A DNA stretch of 45,930 nt from Candidatus Doudnabacteria bacterium RIFCSPHIGHO2_02_FULL_43_13b (GCA_001777655.1 MFER01000016.1:1-45930), one strand, 5' to 3'. Shown: positions 1 to 9,218, counted from the first letter of the stretch. The notes: generated from the letters alone by a model not told the origin. Translations and numbers: made by a program.

Positions 1-118
1 GTCCACCTGAGGAAGGGACGCAAGTGATACTCGAAGACGTTCACAAGAAGAGCGCCGGATGGCGCGCAGAGCAAGCTAGGTACTACAGACCCTCAGATGA
101 GGGAGGAGCAGAAGAGCA

Positions 119-989
119 ATGAGTAACGCAGCACTGGTTCCACTCAAGGCGACCATGAGTATTCCAGACATGGTGGCCGCAATCCGCAAGCACATCACCG
201 ACGGCGGCGCGACTGTCCGTCGCTCACTCGAAAGCGTGAACCTGACGTTCTTTGTCAGGATGCGTCTGGATGAGAACCGGGTATTCGTGCTGGCCGACGA
301 GATCGAAGGCGGCCAGCGCCTGGATCCGATGGTCGTCACCATCAACAGCAACGAGCTGATCGACGGCCGGCATCGCAAGGAAGCACGAGCTCGCCAAGCG
401 CAAGGAAGGGGAGTTCATCCTGATCCCTGATCTTGATCGGCCGACGCTCATCGCACTGGCGATGACGCTGAACACTGGCGGTGCGCTGCCGCCGACCAAG
501 CGGGACATCGAGCACACAGTCGAGATGCTGCTGGGTCAGGAACTCCCGACCAAGCGTATCCTCGAGCTCATGCCGTTTCCACCGAGCATGGTGCGTAAGT
601 ACGTTCAGTCGGTGCAGTCACGACTGGCACACACCCGGCTCATGAGCGCTGCCGATGCCGTCGCCGAGTCGAAGATGACGGTGGCACAGGCCGCGAAAGA
701 GTTCGGCGTTGACGAGACGAGGCTGAAGGAGCACACCTCGGGCACGAAGCGCGGGCGGAGGAAGGGCATCGCCGAGATGAAGTCGATGCTGTCGCTCAAG
801 TACCGCGGGTACTCGGGCTCGACCGCTCACGTCTTCAAGCAGCTGTTCGAGCAGCTCGAGGACGGCGAGGTGAGCGCGAAGACAGTGAGTGATGTGGTTG
901 CCCACGTCCAGCACCTCAACAAGCGGGCGGCGCGCACGCTCAAGGGCTGGGAGGATCGCCTCAACGCGAAGATCGCCAACGGGTCCTAA
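119..989 (+). pseudogene. GC-rich ParB/Srx-like N-terminal domain protein split by a frameshift near 385 (pseudogene or sequence error)
   Basis: ORF 119-430 has the ParB-like LIDGRHR motif. The frame of ORF 462-989 is open upstream (HELAKRKEGEFILIPDLDRPTLIALAMTLNTGG) and joins seamlessly if 2 nt are restored at GAAGCACGAG. GGAGGAG SD upstream. Confidence 0.7.
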
Positions 990-1014
990 CGGACTCTGCG
1001 GCGTCACGTAACAC

Positions 1015-1052
1015 ACGGCAGGTGCCTGAACAGCGCCTGCCGTTTTCTTTTT
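1015..1052 (+). terminator. Intrinsic terminator after the ParB-like gene
   Basis: ACGGCAGGTGC-loop-GCGCCTGCCGT followed by TTTCTTTTT. Confidence 0.75.
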
Positions 1053-1068
1053 ATGCTATAATTCTTTT

Positions 1069-1647
1069 ATGCTCAATAAAATTGTTTTTGATTTGGAAAC
1101 GCAGAAATCTTTTGATGACGTGGGCGGGCGCGATCGCAATCATTTGCTGAAAGTCTCGGTGCTGGGGCTTTATTCATATCCGGAAAATAAATATTATACT
1201 TTTACTGAAGATCAGATTTATAAAGCCGCGGAAATATTCACAAACGCCGACCAGATCATCGGGTTTAATATTATCAATTTTGACTATCCAGTCCTGCAGC
1301 CATATGTGCATTTCAAACTCGCCGATTTGCCAACTTTGGATATTCTCTCAGAAGTGGAAAAATTGATTGGCCATAGAGTCAAACTGGATAATTTGGCTCA
1401 AACGACACTTAAAACGGCTAAAACAGGGGATGGCCTGTTGGCTTTGAAATATTGGAAACTAGGACAGCTTGATGAGCTGAAGAAATATTGTTTGGACGAC
1501 GTAAAAATTACCAAGGATTTGTATGATTACGTGCTCAAATACGGCAAGTTGTTGTATAAAGATTATTTTGAGACGAGAGAAATAAATATTGCTTTTCCTG
1601 AGCCAGTTGCCAGGAAATCCGTGAGTAGGCAGGCGAGCCTGTTTTGA
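1069..1647 (+). CDS. RNase H-like (DEDD, YprB-type) 3'-5' exonuclease domain protein
   Basis: VFDLETQ (ExoI), GFNIINFD (ExoII), YCLDDV (ExoIII). TGCTATAAT ends 6 nt before the ATG. Confidence 0.85.
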   Translation: MLNKIVFDLETQKSFDDVGGRDRNHLLKVSVLGLYSYPENKYYTFTEDQIYKAAEIFTNADQIIGFNIINFDYPVLQPYVHFKLADLPTLDILSEVEKLIGHRVKLDNLAQTTLKTAKTGDGLLALKYWKLGQLDELKKYCLDDVKITKDLYDYVLKYGKLLYKDYFETREINIAFPEPVARKSVSRQASLF

Positions 1648-2110
1648 CTACGAAATACGAAATCACGAAAATACGAACTATGTTTAAACCTAACGTTTTA
1701 AAAAAAGACTTAGTTTACCCCGAACTAAGCTACACAATAGTCGGTATTTTATTTAGGGTTTATAAAGCAATAGGCGCTGGATTTGATGAAAAACATTATC
1801 AGAGAGCTGTGGCAAGAGAATTAGAAAAATCTGGCTTAAATTTTTTAGAACAAGTTAGATTACCCCTAAGTTACTCAGGTCAGAGTATAGGTTCATTTGC
1901 CTTGGATTTTCTAATAGAAGAAAAAATAATTTTAGAGATTAAAAAGGATAAAAATTTTGGCAGTAAAAATTTGGACCAAGTTTACTCCTATCTAAAAGCG
2001 ACAGGATTACAGCTTGGGATTCTTGCAAATTTCACAAAAGACGGTTTGAAGTTTAAAAGAATTGTGAATTTAAAGTCCAGTTCGTAGTTCGATTTTTCGT
2101 ATTTTCGTAG
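1648..2110. repeat. Imperfect ~32-bp inverted repeats (ACGAA units) flanking the GxxExxY gene: 1648-1679 and 2079-2110
   Basis: Left CTACGAAATACGAAATCACGAAAATACGAACT; reverse complement of right CTACGAAAATACGAAAAATCGAACTACGAACT. Confidence 0.9.
1680..2087 (+). CDS. GxxExxY family PD-(D/E)xK-like protein
   Basis: GAGFDEKHY, DFLIEEKIILEIK, QVYSYLK, GILANF. ATG at 1680 preferred over TTG at 1644. Confidence 0.9.
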   Translation: MFKPNVLKKDLVYPELSYTIVGILFRVYKAIGAGFDEKHYQRAVARELEKSGLNFLEQVRLPLSYSGQSIGSFALDFLIEEKIILEIKKDKNFGSKNLDQVYSYLKATGLQLGILANFTKDGLKFKRIVNLKSSS

Positions 2111-2121
2111 AAAGGCAGCTT

Positions 2122-2937
2122 ATGAGAAAGGTTTTAGTGATTCTTGGAGGAATTATAATTATCGCTGCCTTAGTTTTTTTTATTTTCGTTCCGGCATTTC
2201 AGGGAAAGCTGGTGATTGACCCGATTATCCATTTGGGACCGCTTAGTATCCGCTGGTATGGGTTGATTTTAGCTGCCAGTATATTGACGGGTTATTTTAT
2301 TATCCGGAAGAATTCCTGGAAATTTGGAATTTCCGCCAAAGACATTGATGATTTTGCGTTTTGGTTAGTGATTGTCGCTGTGGTGGGAGCCCGGATATAT
2401 TTTGTGCTATTTAATTGGGCGTATTTTTCCCAAAACCTCGCTGAGATCTATAAAATTTGGTACGGTGGCATATCGATTTATGGTTCCCTGATCGCCGGCG
2501 TTATTTTTTCCTATTTTTATACGAGGAAAGCTGCCTATAGTTTTTGGCAGTTAACTGACTTGCTTGCTTTGGGACTGCCCCTTTCGCAGGCGATTGGCAG
2601 ATTGGGCAATTTCGTCAATCAAGAAGCCTATGGAACACACACAAATTTACCTTGGAAGATGTATGTGGCTGCAAAACAAGATTACGTGCATCCCACCTTT
2701 TTGTACGAAGCAGTCGCGAATGTTTTGGTCTTTGTGGTATTGAAAAAAATGATCGGTAAATTCAAACCCGGGGTTTTAGTGTTGACATATTTTATGGCGT
2801 ATTCTGTCATCAGATTTGTTGTGGAAGGGTTGCGCACCGACAGTTTATATATTTCAATTTTTCGGGTGGATCAAATCGTCGCGGTTATAATTTTGCTCAT
2901 CTCCGGCCTACTGCTTTGGATGAGGTCCAAGCATTGA
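2122..2937 (+). CDS. lgt: Prolipoprotein diacylglyceryl transferase
   Basis: IRWYG, GARIYFV, GRLGNFVNQEAYG and HPTFLYE motifs. Confidence 0.95.
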   Translation: MRKVLVILGGIIIIAALVFFIFVPAFQGKLVIDPIIHLGPLSIRWYGLILAASILTGYFIIRKNSWKFGISAKDIDDFAFWLVIVAVVGARIYFVLFNWAYFSQNLAEIYKIWYGGISIYGSLIAGVIFSYFYTRKAAYSFWQLTDLLALGLPLSQAIGRLGNFVNQEAYGTHTNLPWKMYVAAKQDYVHPTFLYEAVANVLVFVVLKKMIGKFKPGVLVLTYFMAYSVIRFVVEGLRTDSLYISIFRVDQIVAVIILLISGLLLWMRSKH

Positions 2938-2974
2938 TTTTTGGGCCAAAAATTGATATCCTAGTTGGGTCATG

Positions 2975-3116
2975 CCCAGTAATACAACTTCGATCGTTTT
3001 TGCATTTAAATGATTTTTTATCTAAATTCTGATCGGTAGATTGTGCTGGTCAATGCATCAAATTTTGACGTCGCAAAAACGTTAAAAAAATCATTAATCG
3101 AAGTTGATATACTGGG
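2975..3116. repeat. Intergenic element with ~20-bp imperfect terminal inverted repeats (MITE-like or structured RNA)
   Basis: CCCAGTAATACAACTTCGAT ... ATCGAAGTTGATATACTGGG, plus two internal complementary pairs. Confidence 0.7.
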
Positions 3117-3824
3117 ATGTTTAATAAGATTTCATCTCTGGCCCTGGCCATTTTGTTGTTTTTGGTTCTTTGGGGGACCCAGAGTCATTTTTATATTTTT
3201 TTGGCCGCAGTTGGCGGGCTGATTTTAGCCACAATTGCAATTAATTATCGGCGATTAAATTTTACTTGGCCGCATCTGATGTTGCCTATCATCTATTTGA
3301 TTGGAGTCGCAGTTGTGTTCGCGGTTGTCGGCAGCGGGACTGTAAGATTAATTTTTTTGATTTTCGCGGCATTGGCATTTTATGTTCTGGAATTTAAATT
3401 AGGAAAAGAAAGTCATTTTTTACAAAATATTTTTTTGTTGTCAACGTTTGGCTGGTTTCTCGGCATATTCGCTCTAGAATTTTATCTTCGATTACCGACG
3501 ATCTTTTTGGCTATCTTAGTTTTTGTTATCACGTATTTGTTCGCGGTGCAAGGATTTGCGGGTTTCACGCTGCCGAGTAAAAAATACTTTTATTTGTTGT
3601 TAGCCTTGGTTTGTGCCGAGGCGGCCTGGGGGATAATGTTGTGGCCGACTTTTTATTTCGTTAATGCGGTTGTATTATTTTGTATTTTCTATCTGATTTG
3701 GCTGTTTGCTTTTTCCGCTTTTTTCGGCAAACTGACAAAGGCAAAAATGTATTGGCAGGTAATTTTGGTGGTCATAGTATTAACCGCGGTGTTATCAACC
3801 GCCGCCTGGAAACCCTTAAGATAA
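3117..3824 (+). CDS. Polytopic membrane protein (CPR DUF5656-like, tentative)
   Basis: About 8 hydrophobic segments; C-terminal half loosely resembles the 10460-11374 protein. Confidence 0.7.
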   Translation: MFNKISSLALAILLFLVLWGTQSHFYIFLAAVGGLILATIAINYRRLNFTWPHLMLPIIYLIGVAVVFAVVGSGTVRLIFLIFAALAFYVLEFKLGKESHFLQNIFLLSTFGWFLGIFALEFYLRLPTIFLAILVFVITYLFAVQGFAGFTLPSKKYFYLLLALVCAEAAWGIMLWPTFYFVNAVVLFCIFYLIWLFAFSAFFGKLTKAKMYWQVILVVIVLTAVLSTAAWKPLR

Positions 3825-3931
3825 TGATCAATATATACCTTGTCATCGGGTAGTAGGGTATAATGGAACAGGTGGCTACAGCGCGCAAGGCGGGATTAGG
3901 AAAAAGTTAAAATTACTAAAGAAAGAAGGTT

Positions 3932-4981
3932 ATGAATCGTAAGCAGGTGATAATCATTATTTTAATCGCTTTTGTTTTTGGTGCTGTGGGCAGCATAGTT
4001 TTTGGCCGTTACATCTTGCCGCCCTTGGCTCAAGTAAAAGGTTTTGGCTGGGTTAGTCAGTTAATCAGCGATGCCCCGATTGTCATCAACCGTCGGGAAG
4101 AAGTTCAATATACCGAAGGGGTTAATCTCATCGATTTGATTAAGCAAACCAACGGAATTACTGCTTCCGTTTTTTCTTTGGATAATAAATTTTTAGGCAA
4201 TGGCATTATCATCACTTCCGATGGATTAATTTTTTCTACGGATGTCATTTTGAGCGGCCAAACACAAGTCAGAATTGTTTTAAACGACGGTCGGAGCTTC
4301 GAAGGGTTGGTCAGGGGCAGGGATTTGAAAAGTGAATTAGTGGCGATAACTATTCAAGCAAGCGGTTTGCCAGTGGCGCAGTTTTTTGAAGGAACGACGT
4401 TGGGCGCAGGACAGCGAGTCGTCGCCTTGGGAAAATCCGTTACAGTTTTTGATCACATGTTTCGAACCGGTTTTGTCACACAAACGCCACAAAATTCTGC
4501 CAGCGCTTCTGTTTTGAAAGACTCAGAGCGCATCAGTGAAAGTCTTATGACTGATTTATCAATTAATTCTGATATGCTGGGAGCCCCCGTGGTTGATCTG
4601 GCCGGCCGGGTAGTCGGCATCATCGCGACAGAGCAGCAGATAATTTTTTCCGAACATCTGCAGACCGCCATGAATTTGTATTTAAGCAGCGGCGGTATTT
4701 TTCGACCAGCGTTTGGCGTAAAGTATTTTTTTCTTAGCTCGAGCCTGGCCGGATTGGAAGGATACCCCCAGGCAGGAGCATTGGTCTCTTCGCTTTCTAC
4801 TGGCAGCAGTGCCCAAAAAGCTGGATTATTAAAGAATGATTATATCCTCGCAATCAACGGGCAGGAATTTGGCAACGATACGTTCGAAGAGGTCTTGAAC
4901 CGGCACACGAGTGGGGAAATTAAATTAACGGTTTTACGAGCAGGGGTTGAGCGGGAATTAATTGTGAACTTAATCAAATAA
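3932..4981 (+). CDS. HtrA/DegP-like trypsin-fold plus PDZ protein, probably catalytically inactive
   Basis: N-terminal TM; GNGIIITSDGLI; PDZ motif SSAQKAGLLKNDYILAING; triad motifs degenerate. Confidence 0.85.
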   Translation: MNRKQVIIIILIAFVFGAVGSIVFGRYILPPLAQVKGFGWVSQLISDAPIVINRREEVQYTEGVNLIDLIKQTNGITASVFSLDNKFLGNGIIITSDGLIFSTDVILSGQTQVRIVLNDGRSFEGLVRGRDLKSELVAITIQASGLPVAQFFEGTTLGAGQRVVALGKSVTVFDHMFRTGFVTQTPQNSASASVLKDSERISESLMTDLSINSDMLGAPVVDLAGRVVGIIATEQQIIFSEHLQTAMNLYLSSGGIFRPAFGVKYFFLSSSLAGLEGYPQAGALVSSLSTGSSAQKAGLLKNDYILAINGQEFGNDTFEEVLNRHTSGEIKLTVLRAGVERELIVNLIK

Positions 4982-4983
4982 TT

Positions 4984-5400
4984 ATGAACTCTGACTGCAT
5001 TTTTTGTAAAATCATCAGCGGTGGGATTCCATCAGATAAAATTTACGAAGACGACGCAGTTTTGGCGTTTATGGATATCCGACCGGTCAGTCGCGGCCAT
5101 ACTTTGGTCGTGCCCAAAACGCATACCGATGATTTTTTATCAACTGATGACCAGACACTTTCTGATTTGATCCCAAAAATAAAAAAAATCGCCCACGTTG
5201 TGATGCAAGCTGTTGGGGCCCAGGGGATGAATATTAGCACCAACCATGGTGAAGCGGCCGGTCAAGTGGTCATGCATCTGCATTTCCATTTAATCCCGCG
5301 TTTTTCTAATGATGAGCTTAAACCCTGGCCACATCAAGAGCTTGATCCAAAAATCCGCGCGGAGATCGCAGAAAGAATAAAAAGCAGGTTAAATGAATAA
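4984..5400 (+). CDS. hit: HIT family nucleotide hydrolase
   Basis: DCIFCKII, GHTLVVPK, HLHFHLIPR. Confidence 0.95.
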   Translation: MNSDCIFCKIISGGIPSDKIYEDDAVLAFMDIRPVSRGHTLVVPKTHTDDFLSTDDQTLSDLIPKIKKIAHVVMQAVGAQGMNISTNHGEAAGQVVMHLHFHLIPRFSNDELKPWPHQELDPKIRAEIAERIKSRLNE

Positions 5401-6277
5401 GACAATTGTTATTGGTAAGAAAAATTTTAGTTTACAAAACCGGCGGGCATATAAGCCTGTTTATGTTTATAAGGGAAGGGATTTATTTTTAAGATTAGGT
5501 CCTGCGGCGATAGTTCAAAAAGAATTAAAGCTCCATCAACGCCTGATTAAGCTTGGTTTTCCCTTCGCTCCAATCGTCTCATCGGGAAAACAGGGGAACC
5601 GATTTTATTATATAGAGGAATCTTTAGGTAATATTCATTTTGGTCAAATTTTTTCCAAAGACATCCAGAATCAAAAGTGGATTTCAAAGCAAAACTTCGA
5701 CGCATTTTTGACTATCACCAAGAAATTTGCTGAAGCACAGTTAAGAACTGTCTTGAGGATAGGATTCCGAAAAAATTTCGCTGTCGGGACTAATTTTGTA
5801 AACATTATAAAGGAACTCCCGACAATGAAGTTACAATTTACAAAAGCTTATAAAATTCTCTCAAAGCGTCTAGAAGGACTCCCTTTTGTTTTAACCCACG
5901 GTGATTTTAGCCCGTTTAATATCTATCGCAGGGGCATAATTGACTTAGAATCGTTTTTTTGGGCACCAGCCGGTTATGATTTAGTATCCAATTTGTGTCA
6001 TAATGAGTTTTTCCCGAAAAATAAGGGCTACGAAATGCAGCGGGTCTATGAGTTTACCAAGGATCAAAAAAATCTCTATCTAGACTTGGTAGATCGCATA
6101 TATTTGAAACACAAATTACCAAAACCCTCGAATTATTATTTGGATTTTTATGTGTGCCGATGTATTTGGAGCGCCGCCCGGATGGGAAAGTGGCCCAAAA
6201 TTCAGCAGTGGCGCTATGAACAGTCGAAGAAGGTTATACGAAATTATTTAAGACTAAATAGTAAAATCAGGTTATAA
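5393..6277 (+). CDS. Aminoglycoside/choline kinase-like (APH) phosphotransferase
   Basis: THGDFSPFNI and IIDLE motifs. Confidence 0.8.
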   Translation: MNKTIVIGKKNFSLQNRRAYKPVYVYKGRDLFLRLGPAAIVQKELKLHQRLIKLGFPFAPIVSSGKQGNRFYYIEESLGNIHFGQIFSKDIQNQKWISKQNFDAFLTITKKFAEAQLRTVLRIGFRKNFAVGTNFVNIIKELPTMKLQFTKAYKILSKRLEGLPFVLTHGDFSPFNIYRRGIIDLESFFWAPAGYDLVSNLCHNEFFPKNKGYEMQRVYEFTKDQKNLYLDLVDRIYLKHKLPKPSNYYLDFYVCRCIWSAARMGKWPKIQQWRYEQSKKVIRNYLRLNSKIRL

Positions 6278-6284
6278 TAGGCAT

Positions 6285-6484
6285 ATGCGCTATTTAATTA
6301 CAGGTGGAGCGGGGTTCACCCAGCACCACCTGATGTTATGTCAGTTTATTTTTTAAACCTATCTTAGATGCGCTATTTAATTACAGGGGGAGCGGGGTTC
6401 ACCCAGCACCACCTGATGTTATGTCAGTTTATTTTTTAAACCTATCTTAGATGCGCTATTTAATTACAGGTGGTGCTGGGTTCA
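6285..6484 (+). repeat. 83-bp-period tandem repeat giving three copies of the first 34 nt of rfbB (6285, 6368, 6451)
   Basis: ATGCGCTATTTAATTACAGG... three times. The first two copies continue CCCAGCACCACCTGATG...TCTTAG and each encodes MRYLITGGAGFTQHHLMLCQFIF*. Confidence 0.95.
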
Positions 6485-7398
6485 TCGGTTCCAATTTTAT
6501 CCATTTTTTGTTTGCCAAAAATCCAGATTGTGAAATTGTCAATCTGGATAAACTGACTTATGCGGGCAATCTGGATAATTTGAAAGATATAGAAAACAAT
6601 CCGCGCTACAAGTTTGTGAAAGGGGATATTGCAGATCCCAACGCCGCAAACCTTTTAGTGGCGGATTGCGACGTGGTCGTCAACTTTGCGGCCGAAACCC
6701 ACGTGGATCGATCAATCATGGGGCCTGCTGAGTTTATCCAAACCAACGTAGTCGGCACTCAAGTATTATTAGACGCCTGCGTCAAAAACCAAAAACGGTT
6801 TCATCATATTTCTACTGATGAAGTCTTTGGGGATTTAAAGGTTGGCGGGAAAGAAAAATTTACTGAAAATACCCCGTATAACCCCTCTAGCCCTTATTCT
6901 GCCAGTAAAGCCGCTTCTGACCATCTGGTTCGCGCCTATGTTCGGACTTATGGTTTGCCGGCAACGATTTCTAACTGTTCGAATAACTATGGGTCGTATC
7001 AATATACTGAGAAATTTATTCCGTTAATGATTACGAATGCGCTCGCGAATAAAAAACTTCCAGTTTACGGTGATGGACTAAATGTCCGCGATTGGATCCA
7101 CGTCGATGATCATAATGCTGCGGTTGATTTGGTGATCCAAAAAGGGAAAATTGGTGAGACATATTTGATTGGCGGTAATAATGAAATGGCCAACATTGAT
7201 GTGGTCAAGATGATTTTGAAAATACTAGGTAAGCCGGAGAGTTTGATTGAGTTTGTAACCGACCGTAAAGGCCATGATCGGCGCTATGCGATCGATTCCA
7301 GTAAAATTGAAAGAGAATTGGGCTGGAAGCGAGAAATCGAGTTCGAAGCCGGCCTACAAAAAACTATCATTTGGTACAAAGATTTTTATAGGTTATAA
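6451..7398 (+). CDS. rfbB: dTDP-glucose 4,6-dehydratase
   Basis: TGGAGFIGSNF, DKLTYAGN, AAETHVDRS, STDEVFG, YSASKA. Confidence 0.97.
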   Translation: MRYLITGGAGFIGSNFIHFLFAKNPDCEIVNLDKLTYAGNLDNLKDIENNPRYKFVKGDIADPNAANLLVADCDVVVNFAAETHVDRSIMGPAEFIQTNVVGTQVLLDACVKNQKRFHHISTDEVFGDLKVGGKEKFTENTPYNPSSPYSASKAASDHLVRAYVRTYGLPATISNCSNNYGSYQYTEKFIPLMITNALANKKLPVYGDGLNVRDWIHVDDHNAAVDLVIQKGKIGETYLIGGNNEMANIDVVKMILKILGKPESLIEFVTDRKGHDRRYAIDSSKIERELGWKREIEFEAGLQKTIIWYKDFYRL

Positions 7399-7838
7399 TA
7401 CTTTAACGTATTATAAGTTAAATAAATGACTAAAATATCCACAAAACCTGTTCCAGAAAATCGAATGGGGCAGATGATTGATCAACTTTGGAGAGCGGTG
7501 GCAAGTCTGGAAACCAAAGACGAAGTTCATGATTTCCTGCATGATATTTTGACGCATACAGAGCTCCAAATGCTGGCCAAACGATTGCAAGTAGTCGTGA
7601 TGCTTGATGAAGGATTTAAATATGAAGAGATTAAAAAAGCGCTAAGCATTAGTGAGGCAACAATTTCGAAAATTCAAAACTGGCGACAGGCTTTTGGGAA
7701 AGGGTATAGTGTTGTGATCGAAAGACTAAAAAACAAAAAGAAAAATTATCGAAACGTAAAGTCAGGTAGGATTTACAGTAGCCGTACGGCAGCTCTAAGA
7801 ATGTGGAAAAGTTAAAATACTTTAACGTATTATAAGTT
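7393..7838. repeat. Identical 23-bp direct repeats (7397-7419, 7816-7838), each overlapping a palindrome, flanking the TrpR-like gene
   Basis: AATACTTTAACGTATTATAAGTT twice; dyad TTATAATAC-TTTAAC-GTATTATAA. Confidence 0.92.
7426..7815 (+). CDS. TrpR-like (YerC/YecD) helix-turn-helix protein
   Basis: FLHDILTHTELQMLAKRL...YEEIKKALSISEATISK. Confidence 0.9.
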   Translation: MTKISTKPVPENRMGQMIDQLWRAVASLETKDEVHDFLHDILTHTELQMLAKRLQVVVMLDEGFKYEEIKKALSISEATISKIQNWRQAFGKGYSVVIERLKNKKKNYRNVKSGRIYSSRTAALRMWKS

Positions 7839-7845
7839 CAGATTT

Positions 7846-8394
7846 ATGAGTCAGATCACTGAATTTAAAATTAAACAAACTGAAATCCCGGGCCTGTTAG
7901 AGATTGATATTAGTTTGATGGAAGACGAGCGCGGGTATTTTCAGGAAAAGTTTCAGAAAGAAAAGTTGGTCGCAGCCGGGTTTCCTGAAAGTTTCACGCC
8001 GGTTCAGCAAAGTGTTTCATACAATAAGGAAGTGGGCGTGACGCGGGGTTTTCACGCCGAGCCTTGGGAAAAATATATCGCGGTAATTACCGGTAAAGCT
8101 TTCGGCGCTTATCTCGACCTGCGACCTGGCCAAAATTTCGGGAAAATTGTGACAATAGAGCTTAATCCGACTAAGGCCGTTTTTCTGCCCCGTGGAGTAG
8201 CCAATGCCTTTCAAACATTGACTCCAGACGTATATTATTCCTATTTGATCAATGCTCACTGGTCTTCTCAAGCCAAATATCAATCCGTGAATTTGAAAGA
8301 TCCGGAGATTCATATTGATTGGCCGATAAATTTGGCAGAAGCAATTATTTCTGAAAAGGATTTAAACAATCCCTTCTTGAAAGATTTCCGATGA
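7846..8394 (+). CDS. rfbC: dTDP-4-dehydrorhamnose 3,5-epimerase
   Basis: DERGYFQE, RGFHAEPW, DLR, PRGVANAF, ISEKD. Confidence 0.95.
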   Translation: MSQITEFKIKQTEIPGLLEIDISLMEDERGYFQEKFQKEKLVAAGFPESFTPVQQSVSYNKEVGVTRGFHAEPWEKYIAVITGKAFGAYLDLRPGQNFGKIVTIELNPTKAVFLPRGVANAFQTLTPDVYYSYLINAHWSSQAKYQSVNLKDPEIHIDWPINLAEAIISEKDLNNPFLKDFR

Positions 8395-9218
8395 AAATTT
8401 TAATTTTAGGAGCCAAAGGCAGTCTAGGGCAGACGTTTGTGGATCTTTATTCCGACCATGAAGTTTCGGCATGGGATCGGCAGGAGTTGGATATTACGGA
8501 TGAAAATCTTGCTCATGACCATATTACTGAGCTGGCTCCGAAGCTGATTATAAACTGCGCGGGTTATAATAATGTCGATCAAGCCGAAGATGAACGCGAG
8601 GCGGCGGATTCGATTAACGGTTACGCTGTCGGGTTTATCGCCAGAGCGGCGGATGAAATTGGCGCAATTTTAGTTTCTTATTCCACCGGCCAGGTATTCG
8701 ACGGCGGTAATGCTTCCGGCTATAATGAGGATGATGAGACCCGGCCAGTTAATGCTTATGGCAAATCCAAGCTTCTAGGAGAAATGGAGCTTCAGGAAAA
8801 AGCAGAGAAATATTATCTCATTCGGACTTGTTGGTTATATGGCCAGCCAGCTGCCGGAAAGAAAAGCTTCACGGATATCATGCTCGATTTGGCGGCTGGG
8901 CATCAGCCAATCAATGCCGTCACAGACGAGTTTGGCAAACCGACCTTTGTCGTCGATTTAGCTCAAGCCACTCGCGCATTGATTGAGGAGCGGAAACCAT
9001 TCGGCATATATCATTTGACGAATTCCGGGGTCGCGAGCCGCTATGATTGGGCGAAAGAAATTTTTGCGATCAAAAAAATGAAAGTGAATTTACAAGCCAT
9101 GGACGCCAGTTTTTTTGAACGAAAAGCCAAGCGGCCGAAATACGAAGTATTAAATAACACGAAATTTATCGAGCTGAGGCCTTGGACCGAAGCTTTGAAA
9201 GAATATTTAAATACATGA
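8391..9218 (+). CDS. rfbD: dTDP-4-dehydrorhamnose reductase
   Basis: ILGAKGSLG, VFDG, PVNAYGKSKLLGE, PTFVVDLA. Confidence 0.93.
   Translation: MKILILGAKGSLGQTFVDLYSDHEVSAWDRQELDITDENLAHDHITELAPKLIINCAGYNNVDQAEDEREAADSINGYAVGFIARAADEIGAILVSYSTGQVFDGGNASGYNEDDETRPVNAYGKSKLLGEMELQEKAEKYYLIRTCWLYGQPAAGKKSFTDIMLDLAAGHQPINAVTDEFGKPTFVVDLAQATRALIEERKPFGIYHLTNSGVASRYDWAKEIFAIKKMKVNLQAMDASFFERKAKRPKYEVLNNTKFIELRPWTEALKEYLNT

Noticed and set aside
1644-1679. N-terminal extension MTTKYEITKIRT of the first GxxExxY protein
   Set aside because: It is the repeat array read from a TTG; the family-like sequence starts at 1680.
6285-6484. CRISPR array
   Set aside because: The intervening sequences are identical and the repeat is the rfbB coding start.
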